Source of the DNA: Hadesarchaea archaeon
Lineage (GTDB): Archaea; Hadarchaeota; Hadarchaeia; Hadarchaeales; Hadarchaeaceae
Reading direction: 5' to 3'
Length of the DNA: 39,771 nt
Assembly (NCBI GenBank): GCA_003661465.1
Contig: QMWE01000001.1
Location: 1 to 39,771, forward strand
A model generated the notes under the pieces. The model had not been told where the DNA came from and did not search any database. It was given only the letters and a program-made list of their open reading frames with translations. Positions 25,544 to 33,399 of this stretch are shown one piece after another; position 1 is the stretch's first letter; each line of letters begins with the position of its first letter. A program made the position numbers and the translations under genes.

Positions 25544-26866
25544 TCACCTAGCTTTCTCAGAGATTTTTCCATACACATACAGTGATCTCATGAGCAGGGT
25601 TGCCTCTTCGGGAGAACCACAGACGGGCAATTTTGTATCCGCCAAAACCTCCCGCGCACGGGAATGATCATCCGGCGTCGAGGCCATGACGACCACGGGC
25701 TTATCTTTGAACCTCTTCGCCACATCCGCCAGAGCCCCTACCTCTCCTTGCTCCAACAATGCACCTGCAAATGAAGTTATCACTATTACGCCATCCACAT
25801 TTTTATCGGACAACAACTGCTCAACAGAATATCTGTATGCATCTCCCCTAGCCCCAACCCCCAGATCCACAAAAGTTGTGATATTGACATTTCCATACCT
25901 CGCCGAGATCTTCTTGGAAATTTCGGATGAAAGCTGTGCTGGAATCAGCCCACCAAGGGAAAGATGTTTTACCAGGAGTTTTCCCTTTCCTGCTAAATTG
26001 GTGACTACCGCCACGCGGTTACCATGCATGGGCGGTTGCTTCGCCAATCCCTCCGCGAGGAGTAGGGCCTCCCTGACATTCTTGGCTTGAAACGCTTTGA
26101 CCTGCCTGAGTGCCGATGCCAAGATATCTCCGTATTCCATTCCTCCGTACAACACCACAACTGGTTTTCTCTTCGTGGCTTCCCTGACGGATTCAATAAA
26201 TTTTCTCCCATTCCCAAGCTCATCGAGATAAACACATATGCATTTCGTCTCTCTGTCGTTCGCTAGGTATCCAACGACATCCGTAAGGCCGATGCCCATC
26301 TCCTCTCCAGTACACACAAGTTTGCTTATCCCCACGCGATTGGAACACGCCCAATCCAACATTTCGATTGCAAGTCCCCCATCCTGGGAGACTATCGATA
26401 TATTCCCCCGTCTGGGTACTGAAACCGATGCTGGCACGAGCACGAGCCCACATGTAGTATTGACCATCCCACCGCTTGCACCGGGACCCAAGAGAATAAT
26501 TTTGCGTTTCCCTGCCAGATTTTCGAGCACTTTTCGCTGTCTCCGATCTACCTCGTTCGTGAGTAACACCAGCGCCTTGATTTTTTTGCCAATCAGAGCC
26601 GATAAATTCTTGGCAAGGAAAACCTTTGACAACGACACCACTGCCAAATCCTGTCCCTTTGGTACTTTGGCCAAACTCCTCTCGTAACCCTCAACATTTC
26701 CGCTCAAATCCACGCCGTAAACTTTGCCTCTTGTAAACTTGGAGATGTTGGAAACGATCCATCTGAAAAACATTGCGGGCACATTTCCCACATCCTTTGC
26801 GTCCGAGGCGCCCAATACTACCACCGACTTGGGCCCAAACAGAGTGTCGAGCTCCTTCGACATCAT
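25544..26866 (-). CDS. ADP-forming acyl-CoA synthetase (ACD) alpha-subunit-like protein (CoA-binding plus CoA-ligase domains)
   Basis: LFGPKSVVVLGASDAKDVGN is the CoA-binding N-terminus. ILLGPGASGG, ISIVSQDGGLAIEMLDW and VAVVTNLAGKG fit the ACD alpha layout. A strong GGAGGTGA Shine-Dalgarno site precedes the ATG, and the start overlaps the upstream gene's stop (ATGA). Confidence 0.8.
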   Translation of the reverse strand: MMSKELDTLFGPKSVVVLGASDAKDVGNVPAMFFRWIVSNISKFTRGKVYGVDLSGNVEGYERSLAKVPKGQDLAVVSLSKVFLAKNLSALIGKKIKALVLLTNEVDRRQRKVLENLAGKRKIILLGPGASGGMVNTTCGLVLVPASVSVPRRGNISIVSQDGGLAIEMLDWACSNRVGISKLVCTGEEMGIGLTDVVGYLANDRETKCICVYLDELGNGRKFIESVREATKRKPVVVLYGGMEYGDILASALRQVKAFQAKNVREALLLAEGLAKQPPMHGNRVAVVTNLAGKGKLLVKHLSLGGLIPAQLSSEISKKISARYGNVNITTFVDLGVGARGDAYRYSVEQLLSDKNVDGVIVITSFAGALLEQGEVGALADVAKRFKDKPVVVMASTPDDHSRAREVLADTKLPVCGSPEEATLLMRSLYVYGKISEKAR

Positions 26867-27582
26867 TTCACCTCCAAGGTGACTCGAGCGTCCGCCACGA
26901 CCGCGCCCCTGCCCGCGTCGAATACGAAAACTGGGTCTAACTCGACTTTTGATATCTCCAGAAATTCATGCACGAGCTGACCGATCTTGCAGATCACGTC
27001 CGCCAATGCATCCATATCAGATGAAGGTGTGTCCCGGCCACCAACGAGGATTGGATAACCCCTGACCTCGCTGATCATCTCATGAGCGTCGTCTAAAGTC
27101 AAAGGGGCGAGCCTGAAGCTGGAATCGTCCAGCCTGCCCCCCCAAAACTTCTCCATGCTCAAACATACGACGGCTCCAAAAGACGGGTTCCGTTCGGCAC
27201 GGACGATCACCTCGCGCGCGGGTGGTAGGTACTCCTGCACGGTCACGCCCAAGAGCTTGGCACTTGGTCTGTTGGAGCGGGTGTTCTCAATTATCTCATC
27301 AAACGCCTGACGGAGTTCTATCTCCGAGCCGATCCCGACCCTTACTCCACCAACCGAACTCTTTTGAGGTATGTCAGGAGAAGCTATTTTCATGACTAGG
27401 GGATAATGCACCTCGCGTGCGATCCTGATGGCCTCGCTCTTTTCTCTGGCAAGTTCGGTTCGGTTGACGGGGACCCCCCACGCCTCTAGAAGCCGTTTGG
27501 ATTCAATCTCCAAAAGTTCCAACTTCCCATCAGCTTTAGCCGACCTTATAATTTCGGCTACTCTTTTCATCTCAGGAGTCAT
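26863..27582 (-). CDS. ACD beta-subunit-like ATP-grasp protein
   Basis: LLEIESKRLLEAWGVPVNRTELA...HYPLVMKIASPDIPQKSSVGGVRVGI...REVIVRAERNPSFGAVV...YPILVGGRD. ATG 27582 is preceded by AGGTGA. The track ORF starts at TTG 27600. Confidence 0.8.
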   Translation of the reverse strand: MTPEMKRVAEIIRSAKADGKLELLEIESKRLLEAWGVPVNRTELAREKSEAIRIAREVHYPLVMKIASPDIPQKSSVGGVRVGIGSEIELRQAFDEIIENTRSNRPSAKLLGVTVQEYLPPAREVIVRAERNPSFGAVVCLSMEKFWGGRLDDSSFRLAPLTLDDAHEMISEVRGYPILVGGRDTPSSDMDALADVICKIGQLVHEFLEISKVELDPVFVFDAGRGAVVADARVTLEVK

Positions 27583-27827
27583 CCGGTCACCTAAAAACAA
27601 CTTATATTACTACTCAGCGATATAAAAATTTACCCTAAAATCGGAGAAATTGGCTTAATTTTTCCTAGATGGTCATTAAAGTTACGTTTTTTCCTTAAAC
27701 AGTAAAATAAGCCTAAATTTTCGTTGAAAAATTGAAAATAACTTCCGGACCTTATCAAAACCCAGACTGAAGCTCCCACCCGAAACCATTTTAACCAACG
27801 GTATCCTCCTATAACCACGGTGGGCTG

Positions 27828-28484
27828 TTGAAAATACTGGCCACAGCGGACTTCCACGGAGCATCGGGAGCTGAGAAATATCTCTCAAAGTTTTTAGAGA
27901 GGGGATACGACTGTCTGGTGCTGATCGGGGATCTAACCCAGTTTGGTCCCCTCGAGGTAGCCGAGAGCCTACTGGAACTGACAAAATCGGCCAATGTCAA
28001 AACATTTGCTGTCCCCGGGAACTGCGATCCCAAACAAATGCTCCAAGTGCTAGACAAATACGGAGTAAACTTACACGGAAAATGTGTAAAACATGAGGAT
28101 GTGACTTTCTGCGGACTTGGAGGATCCAACCTAACCCCATTCAATACACCCTTTGAACTCACAGAAGTGGAGATCCAGGAAGAACTCACGGCGCTTCCGT
28201 GCAGGAATAACGAAAAATTTGTCCTGGTGACTCACGCGCCCCCCTTTGGGACAAAACTCGACCAGATCAAAGCAGGGACAAACGTCGGAAGTAAAAGCAT
28301 CAGACAATTCATCGAACAGAAACAGCCGCTGCTTTCCTTATGCGGTCACGTGCACGAAGCCAGAGGGGTGGACAAACTTGGACGTACGCTGGTGGTCAAT
28401 CCAGGACCCATATTGAAGGGATTCGCCGCCGAAATCAATATCCCTGTCGAGGGAAACCCGAGCGCTGAGCTTCTCCAGCTCTAA
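27828..28484 (+). CDS. metallophosphoesterase (calcineurin-like, MJ0936/YfcE-type)
   Basis: Motifs ADFHG, LIGDLTQFG, VPGNCD, LVTHAPP and CGHVHE. The start codon is TTG, with GGTGGG 8 nt upstream. Confidence 0.85.
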   Translation: MKILATADFHGASGAEKYLSKFLERGYDCLVLIGDLTQFGPLEVAESLLELTKSANVKTFAVPGNCDPKQMLQVLDKYGVNLHGKCVKHEDVTFCGLGGSNLTPFNTPFELTEVEIQEELTALPCRNNEKFVLVTHAPPFGTKLDQIKAGTNVGSKSIRQFIEQKQPLLSLCGHVHEARGVDKLGRTLVVNPGPILKGFAAEINIPVEGNPSAELLQL

Positions 28485-28496
28485 GGAAGTGCTGCG

Positions 28497-28709
28497 GTGG
28501 AAAAAAGGGAAAAACATTGCCCACGCTGCGGTTCCTCCAAAATAAAATGGGCATCTGGACTTCCCCAGCTCTGGTCCGTTTATGATTGCATGGAGTGCGG
28601 ATACCGAGGGCCACTCGTGATCGAGGATGGAAAGCTGGCCAAAAAGATAAGAAAACGGTGGCTCAGGGAAAGAGAAACGGCACAGGTAAAAACCCAACCT
28701 AAATCTTGA
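28497..28709 (+). CDS. small Zn-ribbon protein, unknown function
   Basis: 70 aa with CPRCGS...CMECGY (two CxxC pairs) and a basic C-terminal tail. The start codon is GTG. Its last 11 nt overlap the 3' end of the convergent Met-10+ gene. Confidence 0.45.
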   Translation: MEKREKHCPRCGSSKIKWASGLPQLWSVYDCMECGYRGPLVIEDGKLAKKIRKRWLRERETAQVKTQPKS

Positions 28710-29571
28710 GGCCTGGGGATATCAGCAGATCCAAGACCACGTGATAACATCGTGTAGCATATGAGCGGATCTTCCGCGCGTGCAGGAGATTCACATCAAA
28801 ACCCATGGAAAGAGCCGCAGATTTTGCGAACTCCAATGCAGGGCCAAAGACATCGGGCTCTTCACCGAAATCGTAAAAATGGATCACGCCTCCGCTTGGT
28901 TTCAGGGCCCGTACTGCGACATCGAAAAAATCGTGAGAGAACTCCGGCAGTGGCATCAACACGCGGTCGGCCTTTCCAAACAGCTCTCGTTCTACCACCT
29001 CCCGCGAATCGCCAAGTATCGGAACCACACGATCCCCGACCTTGTTAATGCGGATGTTCTCCACCATGTACTCAAATGCATCTGGATTTTTGTCTATGGA
29101 GTATACGCGGGTCGCCTCACTATGATGAGCGATGATTATGGAATAACATCCCACACCTGCGAAAAGATTCGTCACCGTTTCTCCAGGGGTAATTAACCTC
29201 GCTATGCGCAGACGTTCTGTTCCCAGTCTGGGAGAGAAGTAAACCTTGGCGAGATCCACCTTGAATTTACACCCCCCTTCACGGTGAACCGTCTCTGTCC
29301 GGGCTTCTCCCGCTATCACCTCTAGGGCTCTCGTTCTAAACTCCCCGAGGACAGGAGTGGTCTGATTGAGAACAGTGCGGATATTCCGGTGAACTTCCAT
29401 CAGCGCCTCACCTATGATGTTTTTTTTCGGAAGAAGCCGTTTAGAGAGCTTTACAACGGCGATATCACCAATTATGTCAAACGCCCGTAACTCTCTGAGC
29501 TCATCCTCAGTAAGTTTTCCCCTCAACGCCTCACGTAAATTTGTTGGCATCTGACCCAACAAGAAGTTCAC
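28699..29571 (-). CDS. Met-10+ family tRNA G37-modifying enzyme (Trm5 / Taw2 type SAM-dependent transferase)
   Basis: FDIIGDIAVVKL, FKVDLAKVYFSPRL..ER, SAM site NLFAGVGCYSII, SIDKNPDA and LMPLP. At 290 aa with no long N-terminal D1 domain, it could be Taw2-like rather than canonical Trm5. Confidence 0.8.
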   Translation of the reverse strand: MNFLLGQMPTNLREALRGKLTEDELRELRAFDIIGDIAVVKLSKRLLPKKNIIGEALMEVHRNIRTVLNQTTPVLGEFRTRALEVIAGEARTETVHREGGCKFKVDLAKVYFSPRLGTERLRIARLITPGETVTNLFAGVGCYSIIIAHHSEATRVYSIDKNPDAFEYMVENIRINKVGDRVVPILGDSREVVERELFGKADRVLMPLPEFSHDFFDVAVRALKPSGGVIHFYDFGEEPDVFGPALEFAKSAALSMGFDVNLLHARKIRSYATRCYHVVLDLLISPGLKI

Positions 29572-29619
29572 TTGAAAGCAAAAGATTTTGCGGATGAAAT
29601 GAAGTGATAACGGACCCCA

Positions 29620-30717
29620 TCACTGAAGTCCGCGGAGTACGGCCGGTTTTTTACCTAAGTACTCCGCAGCCGTGAGGACCTGCTTCCCCAACTTCTTCCC
29701 CGTCTCCCATACCTCACGCGTCCATTCCCTGAACTTTGGCTCGCGAGGCAGGTGATGGTCGTAAATCATCAATCGCATGTCGGTCTTCCTGAGTATCCTC
29801 ACGGCATTTGCCACGGCGCGATCCATGCTGGTACGGGTGGTCAGATATCCGAACATATAACTCATTGGACCGTCGAGGATCAACGTGTCCGGATTTTCCC
29901 GGATGACCCAATCAGCATAGTCCTCTATGATGGGCCCATCCAAGTCGGAAGAATGAATCAGTTTTTCATTTCCGTAGGTGATCACGGTCGAAAACACCCA
30001 GCCGACCCGGGAGAACTCTATACCATGAAAAAGAGGAGACGTGAACCTCAACCTAGTGCGTCCGAATTTGAATTCTTTGCCTTCTGGAAACCTTACCTCG
30101 ATGTCTTCAAATTTTAGCTCAGGAATCCACCCTGAGGAGTTCCAACTCTTCACCCTGTTTCCGAACCACTTGAGCCCTTTTTTGAATAGCTCCTTCCGGC
30201 GTCGGTTGTAGTCCCCAAAGTCTCTATCTCTAGCTCGGGGGATCTCATCCAATGGGTTTCCATAGCTCTTTCGTTCCCGTTTTTGCAGCACATCTTCAAG
30301 CTTGATTCCACCAAATTCCCGGCAGAGATTGTCGAAAAATCGTTCTGCCCTCCCCCGCTGTGAATCGTTTATGAATTCATTCGGGTTCTTCAAGAGGATG
30401 AGTTTTCCCTCATAGATGTCGCGATCGAAGTCGATAAAGTGATCATAATGGTAGTGCGAGATTACCACCACATCTGCTTCTCGGCTCGCCTGCTTGATCG
30501 CGCGCCTTCCCTGAACCTCCCAGTAAAGCTTCTTTGCGAGCGGTGCCGGAAAGCTCGGTTGCATCACCGCAATGCCGGGATCTACCAACACCTTCACGTC
30601 AGGAGTGCTGACCAGGGTACAAGATGATTTTGCGCCCAGAGAGTCGAACCAGACGGGACGAAAGTTGAGCCTGCTCATAACCTCAAGAAATGTTGATGTA
30701 AGGTGGTAATAACTCAT
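29620..30717 (-). CDS. MBL-fold metallo-hydrolase (archaeal UPF0282-like)
   Basis: VLVDPG and VVISHYHYDHF (the HxHxDH motif), plus a later HSSDLDGP. The start is either ATG 30717 or ATG 30678. Confidence 0.75.
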   Translation of the reverse strand: MSYYHLTSTFLEVMSRLNFRPVWFDSLGAKSSCTLVSTPDVKVLVDPGIAVMQPSFPAPLAKKLYWEVQGRRAIKQASREADVVVISHYHYDHFIDFDRDIYEGKLILLKNPNEFINDSQRGRAERFFDNLCREFGGIKLEDVLQKRERKSYGNPLDEIPRARDRDFGDYNRRRKELFKKGLKWFGNRVKSWNSSGWIPELKFEDIEVRFPEGKEFKFGRTRLRFTSPLFHGIEFSRVGWVFSTVITYGNEKLIHSSDLDGPIIEDYADWVIRENPDTLILDGPMSYMFGYLTTRTSMDRAVANAVRILRKTDMRLMIYDHHLPREPKFREWTREVWETGKKLGKQVLTAAEYLGKKPAVLRGLQ

Positions 30718-30888
30718 CCGAAAATTTAAATAGTTGCCAAACCACGCTCTTGTGGTGTAAATATCAGGGGGAGATGGATACTTCTAACCCTGCTTCTTGC
30801 GTTTCTTTGGCTCGCAGCGGTACCAGAGGGAACCAGCGCAAGTCCCGGTGGGCACTGGAAAATCGAAAACGTTTTCACGCAAGGGGCC

Positions 30889-31857
30889 GTGGGTAAATAT
30901 ACCTCCATAGCGCTTGATTCCGGTGATAATCCCCATATCACCTGTTATGACGATACCGCAGGTAATTTGAGATATTTTTACTGGAACGAGGGCGACAATT
31001 CTTGGTGGGGCACGTCATTTGATACGGGAGACATCGGAAAATACAGCTCGCTGGTCTTGGACGAAAACGACAACCCCCACATATGCTACTATGACGACAC
31101 CAATGGCGATTTGAAATACAAATATTATTCCGAGGGCGTCTGGCATACCGAAACCGTAGACTCCGAAGGAGATGTTGGAAGGTACTGTTCCATAGCGTTG
31201 AACTCGGCAGGTAATCCCGCCATAAGCTACTACGACGCCACAAACACGAGTCTAAAATGCGCCAGACGAATATCTGCTTTCGGAGGACATATCTGGATGA
31301 GAGAAAATGTCGACAATTCACCCACCACAAACGTCGGGCAGTACTCCTCCATCGCGATTGATCCCAGCAACAACAAAATCCACATAAGCTACTACGATTC
31401 CACAAATACCAACCTCAAGTACGCGCTCTGGAATGGCGACAATTGGACGATCGAAAATGTGGACAAGAGCCCCGACGACGTGGGAATGTACTCCTCCATA
31501 GCCCTAAACCCGCATGGTGTCCCCTACATAAGCTATTACGACTCGACGAACGGGGACTTGAAATATGCTTACAAAGTACTGGGAACTTGGCTCACGGAAA
31601 CTGTGGATAGCGAGGGTGATGTGGGAAAATATACATCGATAGCTGTAAATGACTCCAATATCCATATAAGCTATGCGAGTTCCACGGACTCCTCTCTCAA
31701 GTATGCCAAATATGAGAGTGGTGTGTGGAAGATAGAAAATGTAGACACTGAGGGCCACGTGGGCTTGTATACCTCTTTAGCCGTGGATTCCGGCGGTTAT
31801 CCCCACATAAGTTACTATGATGCATGGAACGCCAATCTCATGTATGCCAAAATGAAT
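30889..31857 (+). repeat. seven tandem ~46-aa coding repeats (propeller blades)
   Basis: The consensus VG.Y.SIALD..GNPHISYYD.TN..LKYA....G.W..E.VD occurs seven times, at aa 1-48, 49-95, 96-148, 149-197, 198-244, 245-290 and 291-323. Confidence 0.8.
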
Positions 31858-33399
31858 GCTCCTCCAACCCTCTCCGAGCCGAGCGTTTCCCCAACCTCGG
31901 GCCCCTGGGGCGAAACCTTCACCTTTCAGGTCACCTATCAGGACAATGACAACGATGTGCCTCTCGACGTTTGTGTCTACATAGATGGTATATACCACAA
32001 AATGAACTACGTGAGCGGAGATCACCAGACAGGGGCCATCTACCAGTACAAATGGGTAACTGACTCCGGGAACATTGGAGACCACAGTCATTATTTCGGG
32101 GCCCATGATGGTTCAGCCGTGACAAGACTTCCCCCTTCCCCAGACAACTACGACGGACCAACGGTGACTCAACACCCACCGGTAGCCGACTTTACATTCA
32201 CGCCAACCACGCCCTCCATCGGGGACGTAGTTCACTTCAACGACGCTTCAACGGACGATGACGGGACCATAGTGTCCTGGTCGTGGGACTTTGGAGATGG
32301 AAGCCCCACCAGTTCTGAGCAAAACCCAGCTCACCAATTCACATCCTCCGGATCATACACGGTCACCCTTACCGTCACGGACAACGATGGAGCGACTGGC
32401 AACAAATCCAAAATAGTCCACGTGGGAGGGGTTAACCAAGCTCCTACCCTCAGTTCGGGATTCGTTTCGCCCGACTCGGGGGAGGCCGGAACCGTGTTTA
32501 CCTACGAAGTCACATACGCAGATCCGGACGGAGACATCCCATCCTATGTGCGTGTCTACATTGACGGCGTTTCCCATCCCATGACCAAGGTAAGCGGGAC
32601 ATACATGGGCGGAGCAGTGTACCGTTACGAATGGGCTACCAGCGCTGGAGATTCTGGTTCTCACGATTATCACTTTGAGGCCAGCGACGGGACGAATGAT
32701 GTGAGGTTGCCTGAAACGGAAAACTACCAGGGGCCGGAAGTGGTCGCCCCGGGAGAGCATGCCCCAACCCTAACATCAGGCTCCGTCACCCCAGAAACCG
32801 GAATCGCGGGGACCACGTTCACATTTCAGGTCATCTACAGCGACAACGACAACGATGCCCCGACATTTGTCTATCTCATCATCGACGGTTCAATAAAGCA
32901 AATGACGAAAGTTGGAGAAAATTCCTATACCGATGGAGTTCTCTACAAGTACGAATGGGTAACCTCTCCCGAAGAAATCGGAGAACACGAATATTATTTC
33001 ATGGCGAGCGACGGAGAGTACAGGGGAAGATTGCCCGCAACCAATACATACCACGGACCAACGATCACGGGCACAACGTACAAGATATATGGGTATGTGA
33101 CCTCCAACGGTGAGCCGGTACAGGGAGCCACGGTGAGCCTAGACGGACAGTCCGTCACAACAGACCAGGAGGGATACTACGAATTTTCTGGATTAGAAGC
33201 TTACCATACTTATACGATACAGGTCAGCGCCGAGGGATACCAGACATATAGCGAATCGGTCTTTGTCGGAGAAGAGGACAAATCTCTCGACATCGCCCTC
33301 TCCAAGTCCGTGGAGGGTGGAGCCGACTGGACGCCTATCGCGGTGGTCGCGATAATCTTGGTCATCGGAGGTCTTGTGCTCTGGAAAAAACGCAAGTAA
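30889..33399 (+). CDS. large cell-surface protein: 7-bladed propeller-type repeats, 3 copies of an unnamed ~105-aa domain, one PKD domain, a carboxypeptidase-regulatory-like domain and a C-terminal TM anchor
   Basis: The coordinates run from the first canonical start (GTG 30889). The PKD domain is PVADFTFTP...WDFGDGS...YTVTLTVTDNDG. The CarboxypepD_reg-like domain is YKIYGYVTSNGEPVQGATVSLDG...TDQEGYYEF. The TM anchor is WTPIAVVAIILVIGGLVLWKKRK. The real N-terminus is probably upstream (see the finding at 30730-30888). Confidence 0.85.
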   Translation: MGKYTSIALDSGDNPHITCYDDTAGNLRYFYWNEGDNSWWGTSFDTGDIGKYSSLVLDENDNPHICYYDDTNGDLKYKYYSEGVWHTETVDSEGDVGRYCSIALNSAGNPAISYYDATNTSLKCARRISAFGGHIWMRENVDNSPTTNVGQYSSIAIDPSNNKIHISYYDSTNTNLKYALWNGDNWTIENVDKSPDDVGMYSSIALNPHGVPYISYYDSTNGDLKYAYKVLGTWLTETVDSEGDVGKYTSIAVNDSNIHISYASSTDSSLKYAKYESGVWKIENVDTEGHVGLYTSLAVDSGGYPHISYYDAWNANLMYAKMNAPPTLSEPSVSPTSGPWGETFTFQVTYQDNDNDVPLDVCVYIDGIYHKMNYVSGDHQTGAIYQYKWVTDSGNIGDHSHYFGAHDGSAVTRLPPSPDNYDGPTVTQHPPVADFTFTPTTPSIGDVVHFNDASTDDDGTIVSWSWDFGDGSPTSSEQNPAHQFTSSGSYTVTLTVTDNDGATGNKSKIVHVGGVNQAPTLSSGFVSPDSGEAGTVFTYEVTYADPDGDIPSYVRVYIDGVSHPMTKVSGTYMGGAVYRYEWATSAGDSGSHDYHFEASDGTNDVRLPETENYQGPEVVAPGEHAPTLTSGSVTPETGIAGTTFTFQVIYSDNDNDAPTFVYLIIDGSIKQMTKVGENSYTDGVLYKYEWVTSPEEIGEHEYYFMASDGEYRGRLPATNTYHGPTITGTTYKIYGYVTSNGEPVQGATVSLDGQSVTTDQEGYYEFSGLEAYHTYTIQVSAEGYQTYSESVFVGEEDKSLDIALSKSVEGGADWTPIAVVAIILVIGGLVLWKKRK
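31858..33078 (+). repeat. three copies of a ~105-aa coding repeat (copies at 31858-32175, 32440-32760, 32761-33078), interrupted by the PKD domain (32176-32439)
   Basis: Shared pattern APTL(S/T)(S/E)..V.P..G..GT.FT(F/Y).V.Y.D.D.D.P..V.(V/L)(Y/I)IDG....M..V.......G..Y.Y.W.......G.H.Y.F.A.DG......P....Y.GP. Confidence 0.75.

Noticed and set aside
27601-27827. AT-rich 227-nt spacer considered as a CRISPR leader, small RNA or replication-origin-like element
   Set aside because: I saw no repeats longer than short A/T words, no ORB-like inverted repeats and no adjacent cdc6/orc1 gene. It is most simply the divergent promoter region for the ACD-like operon and the metallophosphoesterase gene.
29572-29640. 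C/D box sRNA-like strings (GGAUGAA ... CUGA) between the MBL-fold and Met-10+ genes
   Set aside because: The boxes are imperfect and only about 30 nt apart, with no C-prime or D-prime pair. This is too short for a C/D sRNA.
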